DNA of 42,884 nt. It comes from Octopus sinensis. Lineage: Eukaryota. Location of the stretch: NCBI RefSeq assembly GCF_006345805.1, contig NW_021831901.1, positions 1 through 42,884 on the forward strand, read 5' to 3'. The translations under genes and the position numbers were made by a program. The stretch's first letter is position 1, and each line of letters starts with the position of its first letter. The notes under the pieces were generated by a model that saw only the letters and a program-made list of their open reading frames with translations, was not told the DNA's origin and ran no database searches. Below are positions 19,410 to 32,156 of this stretch, piece by piece.

Positions 19410-20620
19410 TTTATTTGCCTACTCATGGGGAGAATTCACAAAAAAGAAAAGACGAAGACAGGTGTTGTAAACAGCACAGAGATGTTTTAGTTTAACGATC
19501 GGAAAGTGAAAAATCTTTAACGTTTCGAGCCTACGCTCTTCCACAGAAAGGAACACAGACAGAAACAAGGAGAGAAAATAAAGAATGTGTAGTGGCCAGC
19601 GATCTATCATGGCGAATGCCGGAAAGAAGGGTCACACAAGAGGGCTAAGGAGAAGGGGAGATAATAAAGTAATGGTGATACCAAAACGAAGGTGCGCATG
19701 CGTGTATATAAGAGAGTTTGTATGTGCGTGTGGAAGAGGGCTGGTAATCTTGACGTGTGCGTGTGTGTATGTGTAGGTGTGAAAACGTGGGGCTGGGAAG
19801 TGGTCATTGCTGGTGTGTGCGTGGTGGTGTGTTGTGATGTGATGTGCTGTGTGGTATGGTGGTGTATGTAGTGCTGTGTGCTGTGGTATGATGGTGTTGC
19901 GAGGTAGGGGAGGCGAGAGTGGGGAAAGCAAGTGTGGGGTATGTGTCAAGCTGCGGGTGGGAATAGAGGTGGGGTATGTGGGTAGGCGGAGGGTGGGGTA
20001 GAGGTGGAGTATGTGGGAGTGGGTGTAATGGGTGGGGTGGGATGGGAAGGATAGGGAAGATGGGGTTGGAATGTGTAGAGGTGGGTGGGCTTACAAGGGA
20101 GGAGTGACGATGAAGGGAGTAGGAAAGGAGGGTAGGAGTGAAGAGAAGAGAGAAGGAAATTAGGAGTGAAGAGAAGAAGTAGGAGTCGGAGCAAGGGAGG
20201 AGAGGTGGGTGGGAAAAAGTAGGTTTGGGGGAGAGTCGAGGGGAGGAGAGTTGATCCTATATGGCGCAAAGGAGCGAAGAGAGAAGATTAATCATTGTTC
20301 ACGGCACAAACGGGAGTCCGGATGGCCCCTGTGCAAGGACAATCCGAACACGAACAGGTGTTGCAAAGAGTGACCGGTAGAACAGAAATGGCGCGATACC
20401 GGGGTGTCATTGCTGAGTCGGATATCTCGGAGGTGTTCCGCGAACCGGTCAGCCAAGCGGCGTCCCGTTTCTCGATGTATAGAGAAGAGCAGAGAGAGCA
20501 GGAGATGCAGGAAATGATATTGGTGAGGAGGACGGTGTTGGAGAGATAAGCATGGGCGGGAGCAGGGGAACGAGCCGGGTTGGGAGTTTGGGTTATGGAA
20601 GAAGCTGTTGACCAAGAGGA
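19410..20620 (-). mobile_element. 3' part of a Penelope-like element: GIY-YIG endonuclease remnant, pyrimidine-rich 3'UTR and hammerhead-like terminus
   Basis: [26 protein letters not shown](G)[42 protein letters not shown] (GIY-YIG). The downstream terminus ctgtggaagagcgtaggctcgaaacgttaaagatttttcactt... is shared with 32760-32915 and 27990-28060. Confidence 0.85.
19514..19550 (-). ncRNA. Minimal hammerhead-like motif (Penelope terminus type), non-canonical core
   Basis: CUUU-CUGUGGA-A-GAGC(GUAG)GCUC-GAAAC-GU-U-AAAG: 4-bp stem I, 4-bp stem II, loop-less palindromic stem III. A6 is replaced by U. Confidence 0.45.
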
Positions 20621-20671
20621 TAGACAGACAGACAGACAGACAGACAGATATATAGATAGATAGATTGATAA

Positions 20672-20716
<45 letters not shown>

Positions 20717-20721
20717 CAGAC

Positions 20722-20793
<72 letters not shown>
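20620..20793. repeat. (GATA)n/(GACA)n microsatellite
   Basis: Direct; (TCTA)n then (CATA)n also at 25630-25935. Confidence 0.97.
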
Positions 20794-21060
20794 GGTAAAT
20801 ATAGGACGGAAGATGGAATATACGACAATTTATTATTAATCAAGACAAGTGCTTGGACACATCTAGCATCGATCCCTCACGAGAGTGACACTTGACGATT
20901 GGTTCAGGAGCATCCGGCGGGACAGATGTCTCTCATCGGGTGATAAATAGACACACTTCGTTAAAATAACAGTTCCACAATGTATCTTCTTATTTCGTAA
21001 AACGAAAAGCAGCAAAAGAAAGGAAAAATCACAACTGCACAAAAAGAATATAGATATAGA

Positions 21061-21931
21061 CTAGCTTAAGGTGACCCGTTCTACGCGCGGGTAAGAGTGT
21101 GGTTGTTACTTTCTGTTGCTTCCTTTCTGTTGTTTATCACCACATTCTCCCTCTTTATTTCTCTCTCCTTTCTCTCCCACTTTCCCACTCTCATACTCTT
21201 CTTTTTTCTCGGACTTTCCCTAGCTTTCACTTACTCTCTATCTTTCTCTATCTATCTCTCCCCCATTTATAAACAACAAAAGAGCTTGAATAAGTTGAGA
21301 AAGATAATATTTTGAAAGATCAATCATAAATATCAGGCAGTGACAACGGAAAGGTCTGCTTCAAGGCAGACAGCAAAATACTAACATTTAAAAGGAACAG
21401 ACGAACTTGCGAGCTGAATAAAATTTTTTTTAAATATTGGAAACCAAAGTTTGAAGGGATAAAATCTGAAGATAGTAGACTCACCATGGCCGGCATTTCT
21501 TAACGACGGACAGCAACGTAAAATGTTGAACTTGATGTAAAAGAAAATTCCTAAACACCAAGTTTTGAAGTGATTCTTTCTCACGACAGTAGACTCACCA
21601 ATGCAAGCATTTAAAACTTCATCATGGACGGCAACACATTGAAGATTTAAAGGCTGGCGCAAACGTTTTAGCTTGATGTAACAGAGAATTCCTAAACACC
21701 CGCTCCTGTAAATTTTAATCCCCTTCCAGCGCCATTTAGACCCCTTTTGACATTTTGGTTAACATAACCCGATTTCATTCAGGTCTACTCGGGCCACATT
21801 TTATAAGATGAGGAATTTTGTCCTAGAGATCACGCCTTTCATTTGGGGAAAAAAATAGTTGCCATGCAAACTCGCCAGCACTTTTAACATAGTGTGCATA
21901 TTTTCAGCTCAACCGACCGCATAATGCACAC

Positions 21932-21940
<9 letters not shown>
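21061..21940 (-). mobile_element. Non-autonomous Helitron (family H2); 3' end at 21061, 5' boundary uncertain
   Basis: Minus strand ends CCCG-cgcgtagaa-CGGG (hairpin)-tcaccttaag-CTAG|T, the canonical Helitron 3' signature. The same terminus occurs at 23483. Confidence 0.65.
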
Positions 21941-21992
<52 letters not shown>

Positions 21993-22076
21993 CATATATA
22001 CGCATTATATATATATGTGTGTGTACACATTTATATACAAATGTATACAAATTATATATATAGATATATACATATA

Positions 22077-22939
<863 letters not shown>

Positions 22940-23067
22940 TATATATATATTACAGATATATACACTTTGTATATATACATTATATATACATATTTATATA
23001 TAGAACACACACACACACACACACACATATATAAATTAACCCAATAAATATCTGATTCATAATATTT

Positions 23068-23482
23068 GTTCTCATGATTGTGTGGTAGTGGTGGCGATAA
23101 TAATTCTCTCTATGAATTCAGACAGAGGTAGAGAGAGAGAGAGGAAGAGAGAGAGAGAGAGAATGTGGGAGAAAGAGTGAAGGCAGCGGGGGAAAGATAA
23201 TATACGCTGTCAAACGACGTTATAGAGAGAATGTGAAAGGGAGAGAGGAAAGAGAGAGAGAGACGGAGGAAGACAGGCAGAGAATGAGAGAAGACTTGTC
23301 AATGTGTGCGTTTTTTGCCCTAGTAACCACACCTTTTAACCTAGCCCACTCACACCCTCACCTTATTTAACATGTCCCTATAAAATCTGGAGCCAATCCG
23401 ACGGGATCTAGTGCCCTTTAACCCGTTCCAATGCCAAAACCAGACAAACAAACTTTTCGCATTTCAGATTTATGGATATTGA
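23068..23482 (-). mobile_element. 5' portion of a second H2 Helitron copy, joined directly to the 3' end of the 23483-25604 copy
   Basis: Colinear with 25028-25604. The minus strand starts TCAATATCCATAAATCTGAAATGC, immediately after the CTAG of the neighbouring copy. Confidence 0.7.
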
Positions 23483-25219
23483 CTAGCTTAGGGTGACCCG
23501 CTCTACGCGTGGGTGATGTTTTGGCTGTTGGACCGATGTATTAATGTAGCATTGTTTTATTGTTTTAAAACGAAAGAGGCAATGCGTTTATTTAAAAAAA
23601 AAAGACAAACGTCCGCCAATGGGAAGACAGTTCATATTCGATTAGAGCACTCTGGGTATAATCATAAAATTGAAAAATGGAATTTCGGTGGCGAATATTG
23701 TAGAGGACTCTAAAAAAAAGTTTTTTAACCTGCAGGAAGATAGTTTAAACCAAAGTAGGCAGACTGTAAACTCACATCTGCAAGAATTCACACCCAGCTC
23801 AGTTTTGTAGAAAGACTATCGTGACGTGAACGCATGAGTTGGGAGTTTGACTGACAGAGGTTATATGGTGACACATGCCAGTCCTTTCGACACCACCTAA
23901 ACAATGGAACAGTGTATAAAATGTAATTAACAACTCATTCACTTTATGAATGTCTTATGTTGGCGAAGAAACAATAACTTGACAAAACCGTTCAATGGAG
24001 ATGTAGAAGGAATCGGAAAATGAGGAATAAAGAGACGAATAAGTTGGATCAAATGTTTGCAAACATCTTAACCCAATCTTCTTTATGAACCATGTTCTTT
24101 CTAATGTCTTTACTTTCAAGAATGAAGAGATAATCAAGACGTGCAGAAGAAACGACAATCATACAGTGAGAAGGGTGGTGGAAGAAAGAATAACAGACGT
24201 TATCAAACGACGTTATAGAGAGAACGTGAAAGGAAGGGAGGAAAGAGAGAGAGAGATGCAGGAAGAAAAGGTCATGTATGAAAGAGAGAAGACTTGTAAA
24301 AGTGTGCGTTTTTTGCCCTAGTAACCACATATTTTAAGATAGGGATTTCTAACCTAGCCCACTCGCATCCTCACCTCATTTTACATGTCCATGTAAATTT
24401 TGGAAGAAAGAGTAACAGAGAGACGGCGAAGCTGTCAAATGTAGTTATAGAAAAAGTGAAGGGAAGGGGGAAAAGAGAGAGATCGAGGAAGAAAAGGTGG
24501 TATATGAAAGAGAGGACTGAAAAATAAAATATTTTGAAACATAAAGATGATTTGGTTTACAATGAGAAAACGAATGAAATAGTAAAGAGGTAAATATTTC
24601 AAAACTGGAAAGTTTTTCAAATTTACCGACAAATTTTTGTTAACGACGGTCGCCTTGAGCATACAAATACATTCTTTAAATCTTTTATCCACGCAAAATA
24701 ATAACATATCTTCTGATAAATAATATCTGTTATAATTGTGCGGTGGTGGTGAGAGATAATGATTCAACCTTTCTGAAAGACCTGTGGTGGGAATATTTAA
24801 ACTTTTGCGGCTGTCACGTTTCGTCTTTATAGATACAAACAGAAATACATTGAGAGACACGTTGGAGAAGAAAGAGAGACGGCGGAGGTGTCAAACGTCG
24901 TTATAGAGAGAGAAATTGTAGGGAATGGGGAAAAGAGAGAGATCGAGGAAGAAAAGGTGATATATGAAAGACAGGACTGAAAAATGAAATATTTTGAGAC
25001 CTAAAGATGATTTGTTTTAAGAGAAAGATTCTCATGATTGTGTGGTGGTGGTGGTGGTGGTGGTGGTTGTGGTGGTGGTGGTGGTGGTGGCGATAATAAT
25101 TCTCTCTATGAATGCAAACAGACGTAGAGAGAGAGAAAGAGTGACAGCGCAAGCGAAGGCAGCGGAGGAAAGATAGACGCTATCAAACGACGTTATAGAG
25201 AGTAAATGAAAGGAAGGGA

Positions 25220-25259
<40 letters not shown>

Positions 25260-25604
25260 GAAGACAGGCAGATAATAGAACGCGATGGCGGCGGGGGAAA
25301 GATAATAGACGCTGTGAAACGACGTTATAGAAAGAAAGTGAAGGGAAGGGAGGAAAGAGAGAGAGATGGAGAAAGAGAGACGCATAAAAGAATGAGAGGA
25401 GACTAGTCAAAGTGTGCGTTTTTGGCCCTAGCAACCACACCTTTTAAGATGGGGATTTCTAAGCTAGCCCACTGACATCCTCACCTCATTTTACATGTCC
25501 CTGTAAATTTTGGAGTCAACCCGACGGGATCTAGTAGCCTTTAACCCGTTCTAATGCCAAAACCAGACAAACAAACTTTTTGCATTTCAGAATTATAATA
25601 TAGA
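23483..25604 (-). mobile_element. Non-autonomous Helitron (family H2), ~2.1 kb, with internal GA-rich modular repeats
   Basis: 5' TCTATATTATAATTCTGAAATGC at ~25604; 3' CCCA-cgcgtagag-CGGG-tcaccctaag-CTAG at 23483. Internal units anchored on tcaaacgacgttatag. Confidence 0.7.
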
Positions 25605-25629
25605 GATAGAAGATAGATAGATATATAAA

Positions 25630-25706
<77 letters not shown>

Positions 25707-25722
25707 CTATCTATCTATCTAC

Positions 25723-25760
<38 letters not shown>

Positions 25761-25947
25761 CTCTCTCTCTCACTATATATATATATATAGATAGATACAT
25801 ACATACATACATACATACATACATACATACATGCATGCATACATACATGCATACATACATACATACATACATACATACATACATACATACATACATACAT
25901 ACATACATACATACATACATACATACATACATGAACATATTTATTTA

Positions 25948-26013
25948 CATGTGTCTGATGATGTAGCGTCGCTGATATAACCAGTTACAGACTACGAAAC
26001 AGCTGTGAACATT
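25948..26013 (+). ncRNA. Degenerate minimal hammerhead-like motif (Penelope type)
   Basis: CUGAUGA-U-GUAG...CUAC-GAAAC-AGCU-GU-G: intact core and palindromic AGCU loop, but the cleavage triplet is GUG and stem I is weak. Confidence 0.4.
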
Positions 26014-26240
26014 CATTCTCTCACTTCTTGTATCATGTGAATTTATTCATGCATTATACTTAGATACATGTATAATATTCTGGATTACGAAATTTGAACT
26101 TTAAGCTTAAAGTATATACTTTCGCTCGATATATTCAGAAATGAGAACTGACGCTTCTATTTCTTTATATTGAAGCATTCACACCACACGCGCGCGCGCG
26201 CACACACATACACACTCACGCGCACACACACACACACATA

Positions 26241-26294
<54 letters not shown>

Positions 26295-26419
26295 AACAGA
26301 CACAAACATACACGCAAGTGCCAGTACGCTTGCACAAGCTCTCTATATAATGCCTGTGTGTTCCTATACATTGTCTATCTTTGCTTTTGTGTGTATGTTT
26401 ATACTTTGTGTATTGAAGT

Positions 26420-26585
26420 GATGTAAGTAATATGTGTGCTTTGGGTTATAAAACCTCGCCTCTATTCAGTATTTTGTGTTAGATTTATATCAAGCGAAGT
26501 AACAATTAATTCGGATATTGAGGCAATGAGGCGTATTATATGGGTTTACATATACAACAAACCTATTCTTGGACGAGGACATATG
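26420..26585 (+). repeat. Old dispersed repeat; diverged second copy at ~30520-30690
   Basis: Shared order of blocks: ...aaagt/aagcg..agt.acaatta..t...atatt.aggcaatgaggc.ta.ta.atgg.t..acata.acaaca..cc.t.ttgg.cgaggacata. Confidence 0.6.
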
Positions 26586-26624
26586 TATTATAAGGATACA
26601 GATGTAGAACTAACTATCCATGGC

Positions 26625-26659
<35 letters not shown>

Positions 26660-26756
26660 GTATAAATATATGTGTATATATATATATACATATACGCACA
26701 TATATATACATATATATATACATATATATACACACACACATATTTATGTAAGTGTA

Positions 26757-27966
26757 CAGGGGTTGGACAAAATAATGGAAACACCTTAAAATTTCAAACA
26801 AATTTATTTTAATATGGGGTAGGACCACCTTTGGCAATAATTACAGCTTGAATTCTACGAGGTATGGACTCGTACAAAGTTTGAATTGTTTCCAAAGGAA
26901 TTTTTGTCCATTCTTCAGCTAAAATAGTCTCCAGTTCTTTTAGTGATGATGGTGGAGGATATTGACTCCTTACTTGTTTTTCTAAAATGCACCATAAATG
27001 TTCAATAATATTAAGATCTTGGGACTGCGGTGGCCAGATAAGATATTCAACTTAACTAGTATGTTCCTCGTACCGTTCAGTAATAACTTTAGCTGTGTTT
27101 CCCTCCGAAAACTGTTCCGCAACCAATAGGATGAATTTGATCAGATAAAATGCTTAAATAATCTTGACTGTCATAAAGGGAAGCGGATTTCCAAGATATA
27201 CCCCCCACACCCCACTCAGATCATCACAGATCCTCCTCCATGTTTAACAGTTGGAAGAAGGCAGTCTGGGTTAAATGCTTCTTTTGGCTGTCTCCACACG
27301 TATACTCGGCGGGTGGTCGGAAAGAATGCAAAGGATGACACGTCCGAGAAAATAACTTTCTTCTACTGCTCTAGGGACCAATTCTGTAGGTTTTTACTCC
27401 ACTCTAAACGCTTTTCAACGCTTGTTTTTGGAAGTAGTGGTTTTCTGATTGCAGCCCGCTTGTGAAATCCGGTTTTGTTCAGCTCCCGGCGGACAGTCGT
27501 TGTGGAAACTGGGTTCACGATGTGTTCATTAAGCTCTGCAGTACTTTTGGGGACTGTACTTTTTAACAATTCGCGTCAGAGACCGACAGTCCCCATCTGA
27601 AAGTTTTATTTCTCTTCCGGAGTTTTGTTTCGACGAGGAGGGTTTTCCCTCTTTCTCAAAGGCTGTCATTACTTTCGAGACAGTACTACTTGATACACTA
27701 AAGATTTCGGCTGTTTGCGTTACGCTAGCGCCTGCCATACGAGCACCAACAAGTTGACCTCTTTGAAAGTCCGATAGATCTGTCATATTGATGAATTTAT
27801 TTACCTTTTTCTGATGATATCTGAAAAGAAACAGCAATTTTAGCAAAACATATTAAGCAACACTAATAATAAATAAAAAAAAACAAAACTAAGCAAGCTT
27901 TTGACGGTTTTATAGATATTTCAAAATTATGATGCTAGGTGTCTCCATCATTTTGACCAACCCCTG
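26757..27966 (-). mobile_element. Tc1-family transposon, both TIRs and TA TSD present, transposase decayed with an internal deletion
   Basis: TA|CAGGGGTTGGACAAAATAATGGAAACACCT ... AGGTGTCTCCATCATTTTGACCAACCCCTG|TA. Translation: MTDLSDFQRGQLVGAR (paired-like HTH), TVRRELNKTGFHKRAAIRKPLL, KVIFSD, PTVKHGGGSVM, WPPQSQDLNIIEHLW, RRIQAVIIAKGGPTPY*. The segment around the second catalytic D is missing. Confidence 0.95.
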
Positions 27967-27989
27967 TATATATATATATATATATGAGC

Positions 27990-28060
27990 GTTATACTAAT
28001 ACATCTGTTTGTTTTGTACACCACCTATCTTCATCTTTTTTTTTCGTAAACTCTCCCTAT
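27990..28060 (+). repeat. Penelope-type terminal fragment
   Basis: gagcgttatactaatacatctgtttgttttgtacaccacctatcttcatc...gtaaactctccc matches the tail of 32760-32915. Confidence 0.6.
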
Positions 28061-28075
28061 ATATATATATATATA

Positions 28076-28290
28076 TCTATATATATATAAAACTGAGAAT
28101 GTGTGTCTGTCTGTCTGTGTGTTTCCCTAAAACTTGTAGCCCAAAGACTTGCCCTTTTTGTATGAGCTCCATGAGAGAGATTAACTTCACATGGAAAACT
28201 CGGGCGTTGAGATTCAGATTCGAATGTAAGGCAGGTTTGTAAGTGTTCCCAACAGTTATTAGTTGCAGTAGTAGAGTGTTTATGCCGAAT
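28076..28290 (+). mobile_element. 5' part of an H1-like Helitron
   Basis: A|TCTATATATATATAAAACTGAGAATGTGTGTCTGTCTGTC resembles the 22077 terminus. The 3' end was not located. Confidence 0.55.
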
Positions 28291-28344
28291 ATGTACGTAT
28301 GCATGTATATATATATGTATGTATGCCTGTATATATGTACAAAA

Positions 28345-28475
28345 TCCACTGAGAAGGCTTTTGTTGGTCTGAGGCTAAAGCAGAAGACACATGCCAAGTC
28401 GCCACACAGTGGGACTGAACCCAGGACCATGTGTTTGGAACGTAGTTTGTTACCACACACCCACACCTGCCCCTA
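28345..28475 (-). mobile_element. SINE family A, 5' (tRNA-like) portion
   Basis: Reverse of ggggcaggtgtgggtgtgtggtaacaaac...cacatggtcctgggttcagtcccactgtgtggcgacttggcatgtgtcttctgc. Confidence 0.75.
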
Positions 28476-29119
28476 TGTATGTGTGTGTTTGTGCGTATGT
28501 GTGTATGGGTAGATATATTATGCATGTATATATGTGTATATATATGTGTACATATTACACGCACATCTATATATATATACATCTACACATAAAATACAAA
28601 ATACTAAGTTATATCTTGATATCGCTAGTGATAACAATACTCAAAATATATAACAGACTGGAATTGTAGGCCCGTCTCTTGCAATTTCAATCAATTGGAT
28701 CTTGTCCTCCCTCTTGTATAGAAGTGTACGGCTGCAGCGAAATTCATTTTTGGACTTTCTTCTATCGAAGGCATTTTAACAAAAACAGGGACAGAATTCA
28801 ATTTTTAAACAATAACCAAAAAGGGTGGGGGGTTACGGTTTACAATTATTTAACAAATGCAACACAACAACGTTTCCCTGACGAGGAACCAAAAAACGTG
28901 ATTGCAATAGTCAAACAGTAATAATAATAACAATAAACCTTTTTAATTTATCCGCATTTATGTGAAACTTCTTATTCAAGTTCAAGTAATTGATGCAATT
29001 TTATACGAATTGCTAATACACACACACACACACACACAATAAGGGTAAAAAATTGAATATTAATTTGATTAATATGAATTGAAAACCAGTGGTGTAGCAT
29101 ATAAGACCATAGCGGATCT

Positions 29120-29267
29120 TCTTCTAGCAAAATGGATGACCACTTGTTAATGGTATAAGTACTAGGCTCACAAAGAACAAGTCCTGGAGTTGATTTGCTC
29201 GACTAAAATGGTGGTGCTCCAGCATGGCCGCAGTCAAAATGACTGAAACAAGTAAAAGAATAAAAGA

Positions 29268-29270
<3 letters not shown>
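29120..29270 (+). mobile_element. SINE family A, 3' portion
   Basis: ataagtactaggctcacaaagaacaagtcctggagttgatttgctcgactaaa...ccagcatggccgcagtcaaaatgactgaaacaagtaaaaga. Confidence 0.8.
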
Positions 29271-29352
<82 letters not shown>

Positions 29353-29418
29353 TAGATAGATAGATAGATATGGAAAAAGTGAAAGGGTACAATGTACTTG
29401 CAGTGAGGAGTGGAATAT

Positions 29419-29449
29419 CCAACGTTTCGGATTGAATCTTTCGTCAGGG
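29419..29449 (-). ncRNA. Minimal hammerhead-like motif with canonical core (Penelope type)
   Basis: CC-CUGACGA-A-AGAUUCAAUCC-GAAAC-GU-U-GG: full CUGANGA/GAAA core, short stems I and II, loop-less palindromic stem III. Confidence 0.45.
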
Positions 29450-29529
29450 GTAGAGAACAAGAGAAGAAAAGGAGAAAAATGTCAGAATTTACATCCTCCC
29501 AGCTTAGATAGCTAGATATACGTATATAC

Positions 29530-29814
29530 AAATAAGCTTGCTGAAGCATGCTCAATGTCCTTGAAGTAAACTTCCCAAGTTTAACGCAAAATTTCATATT
29601 GTCTCTTTGTTCCTCTCCATGACAAAATCGCAGACTACAGCACAAACATGATCACAAAAACGCAGATTTCATAACTTGCAAAGTAAACACAGCGATGCCA
29701 CTCGACACAGTGCCTCATGAAGATCGCTGCTAGCTGTCTCTGCACACACAACCGTGTACTGCGATCTGTTGGCGCGCTACAGAATTAGTCCGGAAGCGTT
29801 TTGATAACACCTCG
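29530..29814 (-). mobile_element. Mariner left end: TIR, 5'UTR and transposase N-terminus
   Basis: TA|CGAGGTGTTATCAAAACGCTTCCGGACT (mariner-type TIR), then EEQRDNMKFCVKLGKFTSRTLSMLQQAY (cf. EQRxxIKFCVKLGKSxTETxxMLQQAYG). Confidence 0.85.
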
Positions 29815-32156
29815 TAATCTAGTTTCGACTAAAGTCTATTTAGCTTCTTCATTATTGTATTATCTCTCATCTTCATCTGTCACCTTCTCCTTCTCTCATA
29901 CTCTCCATCTCTATACTACAGTCCTTACTGATTACTACAATCATTTGATATACCTAACTACATATTTCTGTCGGCTACCATGGCTGAGAATTCCAATGTA
30001 GCTGTTGAACTACGGACATTGAATTACATCTGTCGTACATTTAAATTAGATTATCGTTTTAAGAATACTAGTACCTCTTCACCTTTGACATTTATACAAC
30101 AATACATTAATCGCACAATTTCCTGACCACAGAAGTAAATATATTGTAAAAATATATTTACACACAATGGTAACAAAATGGCAACAGAAAATTATATATC
30201 ATGTAAATGCAAAAGTAACTTTCCAATCATTTTGTAAACACACACACACTCACACACACACATATTCACATATATGTATATATGTTTGTCTATATAATGG
30301 ATATATGTATGCATGTACATATACATGTACATATATTTAGCCATGCTCATGCCCACACATAAAAACTCTATCTATCACTATTATGCATACAAAAATGTAC
30401 ACATAAAAATGTATGTACACGCACACACACTCACACATGGCTATTTATAATAGGTGTGTGTTCTTGTTACTGTATTTCGTTGCTTTTGTTAATAGATGTA
30501 TTGTTTATTGTTTGCATACTGAAGTTATGCAAGAAATATGTATGTATCTGGTTATGAAATATGTCTCAATTCACAATTATGTGTTTGCTCTATATAAAGT
30601 GGAGTGACAATTACTTTCAATATTAAGGCAATGAGGCATAATACATGGATACACATACACAACAAGCCATTTTTGGGCGAGGACATACAAATATATATGC
30701 ATAGGTGTGTGTTTGCATGTATTTATAGATGTATGTCCATATGTATATGCATTGATATGTGTGTGCGCGTGTAAGTTTGTGTCTGTATGTAAATATATTA
30801 CTGTAATTATATGTATGTGTACACATACATACATGCTTACCTTCACCCACCTGCGCACATGCACATACTCGCACACATATGTGTATACAGGAAAGGTAAA
30901 GCAGCGTTCGATCTTTTTCAATCGTTATGGCCAGGCTATAGGAATTTTTCGACCTGTCGCGCAGCACCAGATTCTACACTTACTCAAGTGCTGGAATTAT
31001 ACTCGTTAGTCAATTATTCACCTCCTCTTTAATATCTGTGCATTCTGTTTCCACTAAAATTCCCTTACATCACGTTAAACAAGCTCACAAACCACACTAC
31101 TTACTCCTATCTCAAGCACAAATTTCTCCACCCACATCCTATTGTTATTTTTTTTTCTTTTTTGCTCTTGTTGCAATCTTTGCGTAAGCTTCACTCATAA
31201 TGAAGGTGTCCCTTGGTACACATTTACTTGGTACTGCCGTGATCTAACAAGGAAGGCAATTTGTCTTCGCGCGAACCGCTAGAGTTAAATGACAAACATA
31301 GTCACGTGACAAACATATTACATGATGTGGTAACTCGGACCACCGAAAACACCCCAATTTAAACGACAGGAATTATTTCAGTTATGAATCAGTTTGGTTA
31401 TGTCATACTACGAACTAAACAACAACAATAAATCTTTATATCTTTAAGTCCATAATGATGAAAAACAAATTCGACATTGGTTGGTTTTGAACTCAGTACA
31501 GTAAACGACATAATTATATTCCACTTGACATTTTATCTGATGCTCGCTCACAGACACACAAATTTCAAATTTTAGGCCCATAAACGATTGTTACACAGCC
31601 TAAGTTTGAGGTGGTGACATTCCACCTACTTCACATCTTGTTTCATAGTGTGTGTATATATACACGCACACACACAAAGAGGGAGAGACAGAGAGAGGGG
31701 CCGAGAGATATAGATAAAATTGCATTTACTAACGTAATGCATCTGTGTGTATGTATATATATATATATGTTTGTATATATATATATGTATGTATATATGA
31801 ATATATGTACGTGTGAATGAGTCTCTAGTAGCTTCAGTCATTGGACAGCGTCCCACCCCCATATGTACGGAACTGCGTGGTTTAGCAGGACAAATTCACT
31901 CCAGTAATTATGTCTTATAGCCTGTCATAATTTTGGTGACGACGTGACTGGAACGCAAACACAATTCTCGCCCGCTAAATTCACTCGAAAACATTCGTTG
32001 ATTCGAGACTAAAGCAAAAAAAAACAACAAAACAACCTTGTTCTGGCATCAGAACCTTGTTCTGTTTATTGGCACAGAACCCGGAAACACGCAATCACAA
32101 AGCAAGCTTCTTAGGTACACCTTAATGCCTGTCTCTACACATACATATATAAAAGG

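Noticed and set aside
23068-25400. CRISPR-like array suggested by the recurring 16-mer
   Set aside because: Eukaryotic context, irregular spacing, homologous GA-rich spacers and no cas genes.
28650-28900. Minus-strand RKSKNEFRCSRTLLYKREDKIQLIEIARDG and a CTGACGAGG..CC motif at ~28876
   Set aside because: No family could be assigned, the donor site is weak, and the motif lacks G12 and stem I.
30880-30905. Possible 5-nt microexon cag|GAAAG|gtaaag
   Set aside because: No polypyrimidine tract; such short matches are expected by chance.
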